Source: Chamberlinius hualienensis (lineage: Eukaryota). From it: a stretch of 64,000 nucleotides of DNA. Below the pieces are notes generated by a model. The model was not told where the DNA came from, did not search any database, and saw only the letters and a program-made list of their open reading frames with translations. Position 1 is the first letter of the stretch, and each line of letters starts with the position of its first letter. The DNA lies in the NCBI GenBank assembly GCA_054772095.1, contig BAAGAE010000030.1:87335-151334 (forward strand), written 5' to 3'. This document shows positions 1 to 14,720 of the stretch, one piece after another. The position numbers were made by a program, and so were the translations under genes.

Positions 1-1526
1 CTTAACGGATTTTCTGTCAGCTTTTTTTTACACACATTATTTTGTAAGTTTACGTGAGAGGGTCACTCAGAAAGTTACTATGCTTCTTTTCTTTCTGTCG
101 GAGTCATGAATAATATTGAAAAGGACGATTTGTATGAGTGACATCAAACTATGTCTCTCTAACCTCTCCCCCTCTCCTATTTAATAAAAAAAATGTACAT
201 ATAAAGACTTCAATTGGGGATGGTTGGGATTGGGGGAATATATATATACATAATGGATGCACTAGATGGGGGGAGGGAAGAATAGGAGGAGTGGAGATGA
301 TAGGAGAGTTATATTTGCGCTACCAAGTATTCATATCAATGCACTTTTTATGTCGATAAAAGTTTTTACAACTCAGGTCAAACATCAGGTCACTCGACAA
401 GTTTTACCTTGGCTGGATATTCTTAATAAGAAGTTTTCTTTGTAGGCTTTTTTTTTAAGGTTAGATTTTAATTTAAATGCGCGACAGGTGCTAAAATTAT
501 TGTAGTTAATTTACTTCGTATTATTATTTTAAATCTGTACAAGCGAGTAGATGTTCGGGAAGAACTTTCGTGACGTTGTGGTGACGCGACATGCAAGTTT
601 AATGCAACGTATATTTTTTGATCCTATTGCGATTGTCACTTTCAGTCAACAATAAGAGAGATATGGTTCTCACCCATTTAATCATGATGTTCGTCATTTG
701 AGTGTTTATTTATGGCAGTGACCATCTTGTGGTCAGCTTAGCTGGATACTTGCCAGCTGGCATTTAACAATTATTATTATAAGCTTTATTTATTTTTAGC
801 GACATTTGCGGTATTATATGAGCAAAAGACTCGTTTGTTTCAATTTGCCTAAACTCTTAAAGGCAAGATATTAGCATATCTTAGCAAGCTTAATCCTGTC
901 GTGGAGTGAATTTGTGTGGTCGCCATTTTGTTAAAGAAGTTTCGTGTGAAAATGCGTGTTTAGACACTAAAAGTGAGGTCAAAAGGTGGTACTGTTTTAT
1001 TTTTTTATATGTATTTGTTATACCCGATTATTGCGCTGTAAAAATAAAAAACTAGAAATGGGAAAAGACAAAAAAAAAATTAAAATGCAAAAATAAAATA
1101 AAAAGTTTGGTGATAAAAAAATATACGAGCAAAGATAATAAATAAAATAAAAAAGCACAATGATGAGTTTAAAAAATGCATTTAAAACAAAAAGTAGGTG
1201 TATAAAGATATTAGGATAATGGTTTGAGAGATAGTCGAATTGTGGGATGTAAAGAAAGTGCTGGTGGTGGTTGTAAAATGCTTTAATTGGTGCTAATAGG
1301 CCGGCCATTTAAAAGATATTTAGAAACATTTTATTGTTATGTTTTCTTTAACCAGTAAACGCCATATTTACATTTATTATGGCGGTGCATTGTACATGTA
1401 CACGCAAGCAAGCAAGCCATTTTTTTTGATACCATTCATTTTTATGCTCTTATATTTTGTCTGTCTTTTTAACGCTTTTTACACCATTTTTATTATTACC
1501 CGCCATATAAAAGAACGTTTTTATGG

Positions 1527-1546
1527 CTCTCTCTCTCTCTCTCTCT
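1527..1546. repeat. (CT)10 microsatellite immediately followed by a CRE palindrome
   Basis: Direct reading: ctctctctctctctctctct followed by gacgtca. Confidence 0.95.
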
Positions 1547-1553
1547 GACGTCA
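1546..1553. promoter_or_regulatory. Perfect CRE palindrome TGACGTCA
   Basis: Direct reading. It abuts the (CT)10 repeat. Confidence 0.5.
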
Positions 1554-2259
1554 TTATACGACATCAATATTTAGCCTTTGTTAAATTTGAAAAGTAATTG
1601 AATAATTATTATTGGTCAGTTATTACATGACTTTTTATTGATATATTTTTTTGCTACAGTTTGTGGTAATGATCAAATTGTTATAAACTTTACATGATAC
1701 AAGTAGGTGTGACTTAAGCATATGTGTGTTTGTGTCGGCAAAACAGAAAGGAAAGGGGTGTTTGGGGTGGTAGAGGGAGGAGAACGTCACTGTTATGTGT
1801 TTATAGTATGTAATTTTGTTTTTCACCTGTTGTTACATAGTTTTTCTATACTTTTTCCCCTCCCAGCATAAATACTGTGTTTATTCTGTGTCGCTCTGTG
1901 GCCCCTCATTATTTCCAATTAAAGGCCTCCGCGTCTCAAAATGGCGGGTTGTTTAAAGGTGAAAAGAGCGCGAAAAAGGAAAAAGTGGGAGTGGTGGGGG
2001 ATTGAGTATATGTTGGCATCGATTATGGCTGCCCTCGCTACAAATATATAGGGTCTCGGCAGGGGATTGTTAAGCCTATAATTTGACAAATGAAAACGCC
2101 TACACTTCATAATTTTCCATTTTTTTCCATCCTTCGTACTATCTCCCACAATCACTCGGGGGGCTATTTTACCTTACAGGAAAATGTCTTATCAAAATAC
2201 CATGGTCTATCTTTTTTTTTAATATGTGGTGGTGTAAATTGCAAGTTGCAGATGCAACA

Positions 2260-2267
2260 TGACGTCA
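2260..2267. promoter_or_regulatory. Perfect CRE palindrome TGACGTCA (aTGACGTCAt)
   Basis: Direct reading. Confidence 0.5.
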
Positions 2268-4623
2268 TCAATTTGTAATGAGCATGTGTATGGTGTGTTT
2301 AGCCGTTTTCCATAATGTCTTAGTATACACGTATGAAGCTCACTAGACGTGTAATTGCAAATTTATTACCCGGTAAATTGAATGAGTTAATTAGCAGACG
2401 ATGTTAATAATGATCCGCCACGTATTTTATGTCTTTACATGTGGGGGTTATAAACTATAGCAAAGGGGTTGATTGGTGGAGGTGTTTAGCAGGGCATTGT
2501 TATTTCTTTTAAGTATACGAAACCTGCTGTAAATCATTCTTATAAATACATTATTAGGAAGAATAAATGGTCCAACTAAAACGTGTACAGTATTAACATT
2601 GCAACACAAATAAAAAAACAAATTGGATATACAGTATAAACGACTCATGCGCAGAAGTGCTGTCTAGTCGTATGACGTAGTGCGTATTGTTAGTTCAGCT
2701 GGCTTTATAAAAGAAACCAACGTGGCTATGTTACTCTTCGCAACTTGTGTTTTGAATATATTGTAATTAAGCAATATAGCTGCGAATTTGTTATGCTGAT
2801 ATACATTTCGAGAATTATTTATTTTATGGTACGGTGGTATCAAATCTATTTATCCGAAATTTGCAGTTGAGCAAACACTGTTTTGAAAGCAGGTTCGTAT
2901 ATGTAAGATACAATTTTAATGGCTGCGCAAATTGTTTACATTTCTCTCTTTTTTGATGAAACACTGTTAATGTTAGCACCGAACTTACAACACACTTTTA
3001 AGAAATAGCAAGGAAGTTAATCATCGTTAATTACGTCATCGATAGCATCTGGTTTTTTCAAAGGCATAAATTGACGTGCAAAATTTGAAGGTGGATCGAT
3101 AAGTAGCAAAACGAAGAATGGGATTTGTAGCGATTTAGGGTGTAGAAAAAAATTAGCTGAAACTGTTAGCAAGATTTAATTATATACAAGGTGATTAATG
3201 ATCAACTTGTCAAATTAAACTCTTTGCATCCGGTCTGTATAGAGGGAAATATTAAGGTGTCAGAATAATTTTTATATAATTATGAACCTTACAGAAGCTA
3301 CTCGGAAGGGCTACATGTCGGTGTTTATTTGGGATATTGTAACGTATGTTAAATTTTCAAATTTGTAGCAGTTTTAAATGTTATACAAAATTGTTTTTAA
3401 AATTAAATTAGCGTTTGATATCTTATGCTATTAGAGGCTTCTAAATTATCTCGGTGACCATGAGTTTCTATAATACAGTAGGTCTCGTGTATTTGGTCAT
3501 GAATCGCTCTGTGTTAAAATTTTGATGTAAAATGTTTGTGTGTGGGCAAATGCGGCGTAATTATAGCGTGTAATTGCACTAAAACTGCATTCTACTCTCT
3601 CTATAATAAAAAGTGGCAATAAACAAAAGACAAATTTTTTTATGTGGATTAAAAAAAAAATATAAATGGCAATTTGCTTTGGTGTTTTTTAGTTGTGCTT
3701 GAGCGGCTTCTGTTACTTGGGCGTCAAAATGTGATAACGGTTTTTTTTTTTTGGAGTATTATTTAGTTTTTTTTTTGTTTAAACGCACTGTAAAGTTTTT
3801 TAATGCTCGGTTGGATTTTACAGAAATTTAATATTATTAATTTTTTAAAAGTTGTTTTCATTATAGCTTGAATTAGTTATTAGTGTATTCAGTTGCAAAC
3901 TGCAGCCGAACAAGCGACACCTGCTTTTACGAATACAAATCTGCAATGCAAATTAATTTCAAAATATAAATTACGGGGATGTGAAGTCATGCCAACTCGA
4001 CGAGTTAATTTGCGTATACGTGAAACTATTTTATTTAATCTATCTCTTCCCTCGAGGCTTCCGTAATTAAAAGTTTATGTCGGACTGCGGTTTTTTTACT
4101 CAACGGTTGTTAGAAACCGTCGCCATTTTAAGTTAACAAGCAAAATACTATGTCTGACGGATGCGGAAATGAGTACAAAAGTAAGAATCAAATTGCGCGT
4201 TATTAGAAAATTAATTTTCAAAAATTGCCTCAGCCGAGAAAAATTCTGTAATTATTAGCTTAAATGTTAATTCAGCCGTACAGATATTTGTTTACAATTT
4301 GGGATCTTCATTTCACGCTGGTGATCCGATACCAATGTACTGTAATTATTTTTGTTTTTGCGTCCAGTAAATGAAGTGCTAATATGATCATTGTGTGTTT
4401 TAATGTGCGTGTGGTCTGCGTATAAATAAATGGGAGTGTCGTTTGGATGTGTTAATAAAAGCAAAAGCTGTAGCAAATTAATGACGCTTTAATAATTAAT
4501 GGATAATTAACATAGACCGCTAATGGACGTTGCTGATATGCAGTAAATTATCCATATTATATCTTTAAAATTTGTAATTACAAGCCAAAAAAAATTTTAT
4601 GTTTGAAGTTTGCTGTATGTTTA

Positions 4624-4661
4624 CAGGGTGATTCTTGGCCTCATTTTTTCATATAACCCTG
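4624..4661. mobile_element. 38-bp mini-element or excision footprint of the same CAGGGTG family (CAGGGTGATTCTTGGCC...ATAACCCTG) flanked by TA
   Basis: TA|CAGGGTGATT...AACCCTG|TA. The left terminus shares CAGGGTGATTC-T-GCC with the element at 21047. Confidence 0.3.
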
Positions 4662-6766
4662 TATTATAGAAAAATTGAATTTCGATTAAAACTTTTGATT
4701 CGAGTGCGGGGAAGTGTAACCCAGACAGTCTCCTAGCGTAAAAATGTTCAAATTGAAATGCAAACAATATAATTGGGTGGAGGTATCAGATATAATTAAA
4801 ATAATTACAACAATTTTTTTTTTCTCTCTCTTTTCCAATGAGTGGTCGTTATGTAGTTAACCTAATGCTATTTATGCGGTTCTTTCTCTTTTAAATAATT
4901 TTTGTTATCAATTTGCTTCAATTATCTCTGCAGAGGGCTCTTTCATCTATTCCCCCCCTCCCCCAACTCCCTCGTCTCCTCGTTAAAACCAGTTTATATA
5001 CACGTATAAAAGTCACTTGTCCCTCTAATTATCATTCTAATCGTTTTTGTCTTTTACCACCACCTCAATTGTTATGACTATTGTTGCTGTTGTACTTGTT
5101 GTCGTGATGTTTTTTAATGATTATTTTGTTATTGTGGGTGGTTGGTTGGTTGGTAGATGATTTAATTTGATGGGGTGAAGGGTGGAGAGGAAGGAAGGCC
5201 GCCTCGTAAATTAGTTACAAGTTTTTTTTATCATTTTGTTTTTGTTTTTATTATTATTTTTTGTTGTTTGGGCGTTGTACTTGGCTTTCTGACGCCAGTG
5301 TTATGCCCCTTGTTCGACTGATATGACACTTATTTTGGGCTCATCTTTTTTATTTTATCGGTTTCGCATTAATTTTAAAGACATTAAACGATGATAACGA
5401 CGTTTTCAGATATCTTTATTATTATTATTATTTAGATTATTTCGCCACTCGTTTTGGTTTTTTTTTAGACTCTCTCTTGACTCATTTATTAGCTGTATAT
5501 ATACACAGTATGTTTTTAACCGTCCGGAATATAAATGTTGGTTATCTTAGCTATAATTTTTTTTTTGAACTTTTAATTATCAAGATATTTTTTTTTGATT
5601 ATTATTATTACGAATATACAGAGAAAAGAGAGAGGGGAAATTTAAAAAAAATAGTAGTTTGGCCTCTGTAAATTGATATCTTAACATGACAACTTGTTTA
5701 TACAAAACATTATAAATTGACATCAAGATTAATGAGTATCGTTTTTTTATTGATGGTTTGTAGTAGAAAGAAAAATGTTACTTTTTTTTTTATTTTTTAA
5801 ATTGAATGATTGAATTGCTAGATTTTGTTATGTTAATGAAAAGTCATTCAAATTTTCTGTTTCCTTGAACATATCAATTGAACTCTAGAGAAACGACGAG
5901 GCTAAAATCGATGAACATCTCATTTTCATTCACTGAAAAAGACTACAATCGCTGTTTAATATTAAACGAAATTACTGTATATTACGAAAAATGGAGGTGC
6001 CGTAATTTGTTTCGTTAAAAAAATACTGAAGAATTAGTTTTAAGTGGCACGTAGGACGTTGAGACGATTTATGATGATTTTTAAAAGTGGTATTATATTT
6101 TAGCTTTTTGAAGTTGATTTAGCTCGACTGTGGTTTTCCATATAAACTCATTCGCGCTGCTGGCGTTCAACTTAATGACGGGGACGGAAAAAAAATAAAT
6201 TTTAAACATCTGTTGTCGTTTGTGTTGTTTTATTACTATAATTATGATCATCACACCACCATTTATAATTTTTTATTATTTTTTTACGTCTGCTGTTGTG
6301 GTATTGTTATAATAGATGCTTTTACTTTTTTTTTTTAAATATACATTTATTTTATTTTATTATTACAATTCAGTATTGAGTCGAGGGGAGTGCCCCCTGG
6401 CGAGCGATTAAATGGGTGGTTGAGTGAAGCTGTTATTATTATTAGCAGTGTTATTATGTTCATTTAAAAGTCGTGGGTTTCGTTTATTATCCTTTAATGT
6501 TGCTTTACCATATTTCCCACGCGCCTTCCTGTCTTTATATGTACGTATGGCGGTGTCACGTGATATGTACGGTTACGCGCCGTCATCACTTAACGCGGGA
6601 AATTAATTCCCACGCATAGGAAATGGATTGTCGATTACGATTGTTGTTGTGATGTAGCGTGCGTTTTCTGCTATTTGTCTATCAGATATTGCATTGTTTT
6701 AGTCTTCTACTCCCTCCTTGACATACGCCCGACGTAATGTTACCGCAAAAGGTGTTTGTCTGTTTA

Positions 6767-6776
6767 GTGACGTCAC
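6767..6776. promoter_or_regulatory. Extended CRE palindrome GTGACGTCAC
   Basis: Direct reading. Confidence 0.5.
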
Positions 6777-9102
6777 TATTCCAGTTGAATTGTTTTGTAG
6801 ATGGTGGAAAATTGGGTTGGCGTGACTGCAAGTGATCCATCATTTCTCAAGCGTCACTAATAAGTGACGGTTGTTAATTTGAAGCGGATAAAAGTGCGGA
6901 CGCAGAGAGTGAAAGTAAAAAATAAGCGTATCGTTTTTATCGTGGAAATTAACTCTTTCGTTTAGTATGCAAATTTAGTTAATTGATGTCGCATTTTGTA
7001 TTTTGCCAAACACTTCATTTGCATATCTTCACTTTTTTTAATTGGCTTATTAATTTCCATTTGGCGAATTATACCTGCTATTACGCCGTCTGCCACTTGG
7101 CAAGATAATCAAAAATGGCAGAAGTACTTATTTGATGGCCTCGCATTTAGCAACTCGTATTAGGTTTTTATTTAGTTAGTCATTTTGAAAACTTTTAATA
7201 AGGGACGTGTCGATTTTAATAATTATTAGAGGGTAATTAAGTGGCGCTGTATAGGTACTTATATATTCGGTTTTAAAAAAAATCTTCATTCGTATGCCAA
7301 TTAATTTGGTATCTATTAAAGGACAGCTGATTAAAATTAAAGTGGATGGTTGTAAAACGTTTGAACTATTTCAATTCTGTTTTTTCTTAATTGATCGGTA
7401 TGATTTTCCACATAAATTTTCGCATTTCACTTAACCGGTCTTTCACCTGATGTAATTACAGAATTTGGAATTCTTAGAATGTTCAAGTTTTTTTTTTATC
7501 AATTATTTTCAATTTAACAATTTTTTTATTTAATATTTATTTTGTTGTAGATTTGAAGTTAAATTTCGCATTTAAAGCATTGATATAATTAATCCTAATT
7601 CTTTTTTTTAAATTTTTTTAACGATTTAATTTCCACACATGAATTTATACTTCACATGGTCTACGAGATTTAGAATGTGGGATTTTTTTTGGTTACGCAT
7701 CCTAGGGTTAAACTTTCCTAACGACTTCATCATTAATAAGGGTTAGAAAAACAGCGGTTTCACCATGAACACTCGTGTTAGAAGAAAATTCCATTTAGGT
7801 GAAATGTCTGAGGGTAAACTGCATAATATTAAGCTGCTTGGGAAATTATTGTTGTGGCTAATACCCTGGCAGTATGACGCCTTATTAGAAAGCTTATTAT
7901 TTTTCTGGCTGTTTTCGTAAAATCAATTTGCATGGAAATGTTTCTCAACTTAATTTTTTATTTTTTTTTGCTGTGCCAAACTTCATTTGTACGAACTACG
8001 GTATGCGTACAAATTAGTATCCACTCTTTGAAGTATCACAATTAATATCAACTATTAAATTAGAAGGAAAATCAAATTTGTTAGTTGATATTTTCGTTGC
8101 TATAATGAACGTTAATGAATGCGAATGCTTTAACTGGGATATTAACTGGGTTTAAGAGACTCGACAGTGTATATCATCGAAGAGAATATAACCTTCAGTC
8201 ATTAATCTTTTTTAAATGGAGGATTTATTTTTGAAGGATATATTGTAAGATAATTTAGCAAGTATTAGCCAAATGATCTACAGATTAACAATCATACAAT
8301 GAAATTGGCGTGTATAGAACAAAGCATGATGAAATGTCATTGAAATGCAGCGCTTCTTTTTACCTGGCATTACGCCACTTGTAGAGTTACTTACTCAAGT
8401 GAATAGGTGTCCTTGTGCCAGCCAGATTGCTGCTGCGTCGTATTGTTATGGTCACTTAACACGCGCAACTTAAAGTTGATATTATCACGAAAGAAAGTAG
8501 AAAAAAATACATTCCTAGTCTCAACAGTGCCATATTGTTTGAGCGTTTATCAAACATGGCGACGACTTTTATAGTTGTTTAAGTAGTCAGCTACATCTTT
8601 CTGCTCCCCTTTTTCCACTGCTCAAAATAATCTTAAAAGATATGCGAGAGTTGATTCATTATCGCGAAAGCGTCTAGTATTTTTTTTTTACTGTTTTCTT
8701 CTGCATTTACGTAATTTATTAGCAGATAGATTTTTCAAGTCTTGTGTTGGTTGTCGTAGTTGTTGGGCTTTCCTAATTTTAACTTGGTTTAATTTTAGCT
8801 TGTTCAAAAAGCTGTCGAAAAATTCTCCACAGTCTTCCCATTAACAACCATGTTGTCAACGGGTAAAATTTGTGTCTCGTAAATTTTTAAAAAGCCGCAA
8901 GCATTCTTCCGGAAGAAGCGTTTTTTATTACCAAAATTGTTAAGAATAGTTCCATCAACAACTAAAGCCAAACAGTTTTTTTTTTTGTTTTGAAATTTTT
9001 TTTGAAAATATTTGTTTAGTGTTGTCAAATGTTTATGCTTTTTTTTTTGTGGGTGTGAAAATTGATGGCGATAATAATAATACCGTAATTGTGTTTTTAC
9101 AG

Positions 9103-9234
9103 TTGGATGCAAATACTCAGGAGGACGTAGGTGGCGCTAGTGACGACAACGCTAGAACCGAGGACGAAATCTGCACGTTAAACGCTTTCAACGGGCCTCA
9201 GCTTAGCGATTCCAGGGAACGACTCAGTGACGAA
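9103..9234 (+). CDS. AUTS2: AUTS2/fibrosin-family protein, internal coding exon (phase 0-0), peptide LDANTQEDVGGASDDNARTEDEICTLNAFNGPQLSDSRERLSDE
   Basis: Acceptor ttttacag ends at 9102 and donor GTAAGT sits at 9235. The open frame ends ...SRERLSDE, matching human AUTS2 ...SSSRERLSDSS. Confidence 0.7.
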
Positions 9235-9569
9235 GTAAGTACATCGTGATTGCGTAAATTATTACCCAAACCACTCAATCTTTTACCGCTTTTTTTTCTT
9301 TCCCGCATTTATCTCTCGTTAATTACAAACTAAATACACACATTTGTAATTGATTGCGTTCTCAAATAAGATTATCGATCAACACCTTAATTAACGCCGG
9401 GTTAAGTTATCACTTTGCAGCTTCCTTTACTTTTGCGTGTATTAACGTCAACTGTGACGTCCGAAGGAACGCCATTTAGCACTTGTTTAACTTTACGCCG
9501 TGTACACATTTGCCATTATTAATGATTTTAACACCTTTGAATTCTAATTAATTTTATTTGAAAATTTAG

Positions 9570-9605
9570 GTAAGCAGTCGGCCCAGCTCAGGACGTGGTT
9601 ACATC
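9570..9605 (+). CDS. AUTS2: AUTS2-family micro-exon (36 nt), peptide VSSRPSSGRGYI
   Basis: Acceptor tttag ends at 9569 and donor gtaagt sits at 9606. In-frame peptide matches human AUTS2 SSAPSSLGTGYF, which sits directly between the RERLSD and CDSDSD segments. Confidence 0.65.
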
Positions 9606-9876
9606 GTAAGTGTTAAATAATTTATTAAATTTTTCTTTAAATAAATTAACCTATATTATTACTCGTTTGTTTTTAAGTTTTTTTTTTTTGTGTGTGTGAA
9701 AAATGTCGACACCAACGCCCATCACTTTTTTTCTTTCTTCGTATGTTTAGAATTTAATTTAATATCGATTTGCTGCTGTGAAAGTTGTACAATATTTTTG
9801 TTGATAAAAAAAAAAGACAGAAAATCGTGACATAAATAATGTCAAGCAAGCTGGGACCTGATTTTTTTTACATCCG

Positions 9877-9888
9877 GTGGCGCCACCT
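9877..9888. promoter_or_regulatory. 12-bp GC palindrome GGTGGCGCCACC (a CTCF-like GGTGGCGCC core on both strands)
   Basis: Direct reading. This is a rare GC-rich 12-mer in an AT-rich context. Confidence 0.4.
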
Positions 9889-11397
9889 CTTGTCACACGC
9901 GTTGCTCCGCCATTTTGCTCTTATCAAATTGAAATGTCAAACAATTCCCTCAGCACCAACATTTTCTTTTCTCTACGTTTTCTTCCATTTCTTCTAGTTT
10001 TTATCTGTACTTGTGTTTTTATTTTATTTTATGTTTTTTTTCTTCTTCCTATGGCAGGAGAGTGAATTGAAAAACAAACATGCAAGCAGACAGAAATGCA
10101 TGTCGTCAAATGTTTCCGCCATGTTGCTCACTACTTTCAGCCTATATCGATTAACAAATTAAATAACAAGAGTTTAAGGAGGGGAAAGTCATTACTGGGA
10201 TGTCATGCATAACATCATTTGAAGTAGTTTCACTCTTAATACTTCTAATAGAAAAATAGCTAGATTTATCAGCAGTAAACACGAACCTATTGACGTTCAG
10301 TTGAGTTTAGCCCAAATGAATTTTGAATTTTTTTTTTATTAGATTTTACATAATGACATGGGTATTAGCAGGCAGCATGGGCACTTGGCGTGTAACTTAA
10401 TTAAGAAGTTGTTTGTGTTTTTTAAAACTCTCTTACAAATCGTTTATTCTCCACTTATAAATTCCTTGTTTGTGTCCTTTTCTTTTATTTATGTTTACCA
10501 CCCTACATTACTTTCCTCCTCCCACATCACTATCTCTTAGACTCCACCTCCCCCCTTCGACATGTTTTATTTATTTAGCCAACTGTTTTCTTTTTCTAAC
10601 TTCCCCAACAACATCACTTCTTAGCAAATGTGAGCACGCGTCAAAAGTTGAATCGCTACAAGCACATTTTTAACTATTTTGACCGCGTTGGCAAGTGACA
10701 TAAAAGGAGAGAGGGACGTGGTGTGGGGATGGGGATGGGCTGAACCGGGTTTTAGTTGGGTGAGTGGGGGTAAAGTGAGTACTGTAGAGTGAAGTAGAGA
10801 AAAGTGGGGTTTTGAAAAATACTTCAATTCGATATAATGTTGAACAGTGAGTCGTCAACGCCACTGATGAACAAACGACATGTATATAAGTTAAGGAGTG
10901 TGGGGAGGAGAAGGGGGGGGGGAAGAGTAGACATTTTGTATATAGGGTTGGAAGTTTGAGGGGTGTGAGTAAGGAGAACGAGGGATTATATTTCTTTTTA
11001 ACTTCACACTACACCACTGAATCGTCTTTCTTTAAGGATGTAAACTTTTGACGCTTTTTGCTTTGCTCTCATATTTCTTTACTTGAGGTTTTTTTTTTCT
11101 TTTTCATTCCCTTCTCTCCCTCATTCCTCTTATTCTCTTTATTAATACACACTGAAAAAAATTTCGTGGTCTCTTCTCTTCCACCCATACCCCCGTCAGC
11201 CTATTTCCAACCCACACGACACACACTCAAATAACAAATGTAACAGCAGCAGCTGCCAAAGATAAACACAAGATTAATATACCCCACATTCTCAGCCTCC
11301 TCATTCACCCAAAACACAACTTTCAACCCCTCAACCAGTCTGATAACACCAGGCTTTATTTTTCTTCTGGCTTCAAATAATAAATACTCGTTTGTTG

Positions 11398-11405
11398 TGA
11401 CGTCA
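11398..11405. promoter_or_regulatory. Perfect CRE TGACGTCA
   Basis: Direct reading. Confidence 0.5.
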
Positions 11406-12897
11406 TAAGTGGTTTTTGACGCTAATTGCTCTGAACAAGTTTGTCAGTGTGTTTGATATTAATAGGTTGAATTTATTTACGATGTGACGAGAGATGTGAA
11501 TGCGCTGCGGTTGGATGAATTGAGGGCTGCGGAGAGGAGGAGGGGGTAGGGGAACAGCTATCGTATATTAATGCTAATATTAACAGGTGAATGACGTAAT
11601 TAAAGAGTGTAAATATTTATGGCTAACTAATAACGTGAAACAGATGCACTACATTTTTGCAGTAATTTGGAGCAGAGACAAGGTAAGGCCTTGTTTAACG
11701 CGTTAAATTCCCTCCAGAGAAATATCGTGTAATAAAATGCCAACTAACATTTACATGACATGGACAACAGAAAAACGAGGCCAATGTAATGTATTTATGC
11801 TGTGGGAAGTTCCTTCAGGTAGCTTATTAAAGTGACCTTAACAGGTTTTTGGATTAGTGGCGACTGTTAAAAGGTCTTTGTATGGTCATCTGGTGACAGT
11901 TTTAATGGTAATTGCCATTTTTAGTTTTGGTTTTTTGACTGACACGCAATTTGGATATCTGAACTTGCTAATTAACATTATGTTTGTGAAAAGATTATAA
12001 TTTTCTACTTCAACAGGTTGGTGTGATGCAATGCAATTGGCAGTAACATTTTGACATTGACAGAAGTTAAATTAGTTGAAAAAGTGGTTTAATTCGCGAG
12101 AAGGACGTTGATACTCTATATTCCAGTTTCATAAACATTAAACAAGTTATTAAATAGTAATTAAAATAAATGGCGCGATCGTGTAATTTAATTAGCGGCG
12201 TTAGCCAATTGCTTGTAATATTAGTCTTTGCTCCAGTATTACATAACTTTCTTGACGACATCCAACAATGTACAGTACTTATACGGTATAATGTACAAAA
12301 GCTCGACGAAATGATGTTTTTATAACCTTAATATAATATACTGGAGTAGTAAATCGTTCTATAGGTTTCCTTTTATAAAAGGCGATTCATAACTAAGTTG
12401 TCAAATGTTAGGGGAATATTATATACAGTAGAGTTGGTAAACGAATACGGATAAAAATGAAATTTTATATGAAAATTCAACGTTAATTTTCAATGCCATG
12501 TTTAGTGATGTTTTCACAAGAACTTCCACGTCTTATAGGTTTTATTTGCTGCCTGGTAACATGATATCGTGTCACAATAAAATGAAAATGTTGGTTTAAA
12601 ATAAAAAAATCAGGAATAATTACGGTGGATTTGTTATTTTACAGTAAGTTTGTTTGGCAGTAGAATGAACGAAATCTGACGGCTAGGGAATTGTTACAGT
12701 ATATGTCACGTTTCAATTAACCTTTCGTTTGAAAATTGAAAGGCAGAGGTCAACCTGTGTTAATTTGAATATTAAATTGAGGTCAACGTTAAGGGGTCAT
12801 AAGCAACACTTGTATCAAAGTTTACAGTAAAAGTCAACATAAACAAGCCGCTGAAGTACATTACCATAATATATCTGGGAATAAATACGCTCGCTAA

Positions 12898-12905
12898 TGA
12901 CGTCA
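12898..12905. promoter_or_regulatory. Perfect CRE TGACGTCA
   Basis: Direct reading. Confidence 0.5.
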
Positions 12906-13296
12906 ATTGGCGAGTCATCATTAGCAGATGTAGTTCAAATATTTTGTAATAAATCAGCGTTTGTATATTACATGGCAGAAACTTTTCGAGGTTAAGTTAC
13001 GAGAGAGGGGGAGGGGGAAATTAATTTAGAAATTCTTCAAACAGTATTCGAAGTTAATCTTTTGAAGTTTAATCTTTCTTTTCTTTTAAACTGTGTAATA
13101 GAAATACGTTTTGTTAGGTTACAGTTGTTTTGTGCCCTCTATTAAATCTCCATAGAAATTCAAATAAAAGCCCCAACGGTGGCCAAATAGATAATAAAAA
13201 CAACCACTCCTTTAAAAAATATAAACAGTATGAAAAAAAAAATTATTTTGTGTACTAAGCTGTTGTGTTATTTTAGTACAAGTCAAAGTTAACCAT

Positions 13297-13313
13297 CAGG
13301 CGCCACCTACCGG
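13297..13313. promoter_or_regulatory. CTCF-like motif on the minus strand (CCGGTAGGTGGCGCCTG)
   Basis: Matches the CCASYAGRKGGCRSY consensus. Confidence 0.4.
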
Positions 13314-13442
13314 TTGTTTAATGTGAAATTAAACGAAAAACCAGCTTGAAATAATGGGAAGGCAAGTCACGACCTCTGTTCTCGCAGTTGGGGAGATTTT
13401 TTTTTATTTAGCTTTTTTTTCGCTTTTGGGGAGGCAAATTTA

Positions 13443-13460
13443 ACGCCACCTAGTGGGCAG
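13443..13460. promoter_or_regulatory. CTCF-like motif on the minus strand (CCCACTAGGTGGCGT)
   Basis: Matches the CTCF consensus at about 13 of 15 positions. Confidence 0.4.
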
Positions 13461-14720
13461 AAGGAAATTACCCCTTCTTTTTGGTCATGTCTTTCGTCGG
13501 CCATTTTTATCTCAAACGTTTTCTTAAGGAAAAAAAATTTTTTTTTTTGTTGTAATGTTTAAATTGGACTGCAAACGTTGAAAAAGACAAAAAAGTGCCC
13601 TCCTGCGGTGAGCGTTGTTTGGGAACAAAAATGTTACTAATAATCGGACAACTTTCGTCACCTCCCAGTACAAGTTTTCTTATTTGGTTTCACGAAGTAT
13701 TTCCCCTTTTATTTCATCCACCCACTTTTTTTTTTCTCTCTCTCTATTTATTTATCTATTTTTTTCACTCTGTGGTTATAGTAACTTTGGCGTCAAAGAA
13801 AAACAACCTATAATTGGCACAGGAGAAAAATGTTAATAATGTAAGGTGGTTAGTCGTCACGTTTCTCTGTAATTTAGTAATTAAATATCAATCAAGAAAT
13901 TTAAGAAAAATTAAGGGAAGTTAAGAGGTTTTTTTAAAATATTTTATTTAATGGAGTATAACATGTTGTCTTATAATTTTTAATCATGGCTAATTATAGT
14001 TCTCGTCTGATGATGTTGAAGGAATTTTTTAATATTAATTTAATTAACTTTCAACGCTATAGCCTCGTGATCATTATGTTAGACTGTTTTTTTTACTTAT
14101 TTATTATAAAAAGCATCTTTTAAAGATAAATTGAAACTATTTGCTGTTATTTTTGGGCTGTACTTGTCGTTCTTGCAGCTAATTAAATGATATAATGACG
14201 TAGATTGACGTTGGGTGGCGCCATTAGCACACTCCCACTCTTTATTCCGCAAAGATTTTTTAATTTATTTGAATGTAAAGTAATAATAACTTCCGCTGGG
14301 TATTTATCCTCTTTCTACTCCTCCTCCCCATCCCACTTACAAGTCAAATTGCAAACAGATGAACTCGAGCGTTTAATTGCGTCCAATTTGTCGGTTAGAC
14401 AGCCGGAAGTTCAACCGTTAAGCGTATCAGCTGCCTTCTGGTGTGGGAATTACAAATGGTGGTCGAAAATTGATGTTGAAGTAATTTACAGACACATTAA
14501 ATGCGGTTAAATTAACGTATATATCGCCTTTTGTGTTTGGACGGAGGAGGGGAGAATTCGTATGAAAGGATTAGTTTTAACTAGACAATTAATATTTTTT
14601 TAATTTGTAGGAGGGATATTTTTACTAATGGTAGACTAAATCGATATTATTAACGTACAGGAAGTACGCCACTTTATTTAATTTTAATTCAGAAAGAAAA
14701 ATGCGATATACGTTTTTAAA

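Noticed and set aside
10470-10900. Cluster of short overlapping ORFs on both strands in a CT/GA-rich region
   Set aside because: Polypurine/polypyrimidine low-complexity sequence. There is no coding periodicity and there are no splice sites.
14205-14510. 101-aa plus-strand ORF (MTLGGAISTLPLF...)
   Set aside because: It has no recognisable motif and no flanking splice consensus. It contains CRE half-sites and a GGTGGCGCC element, so it is more likely regulatory DNA than coding.
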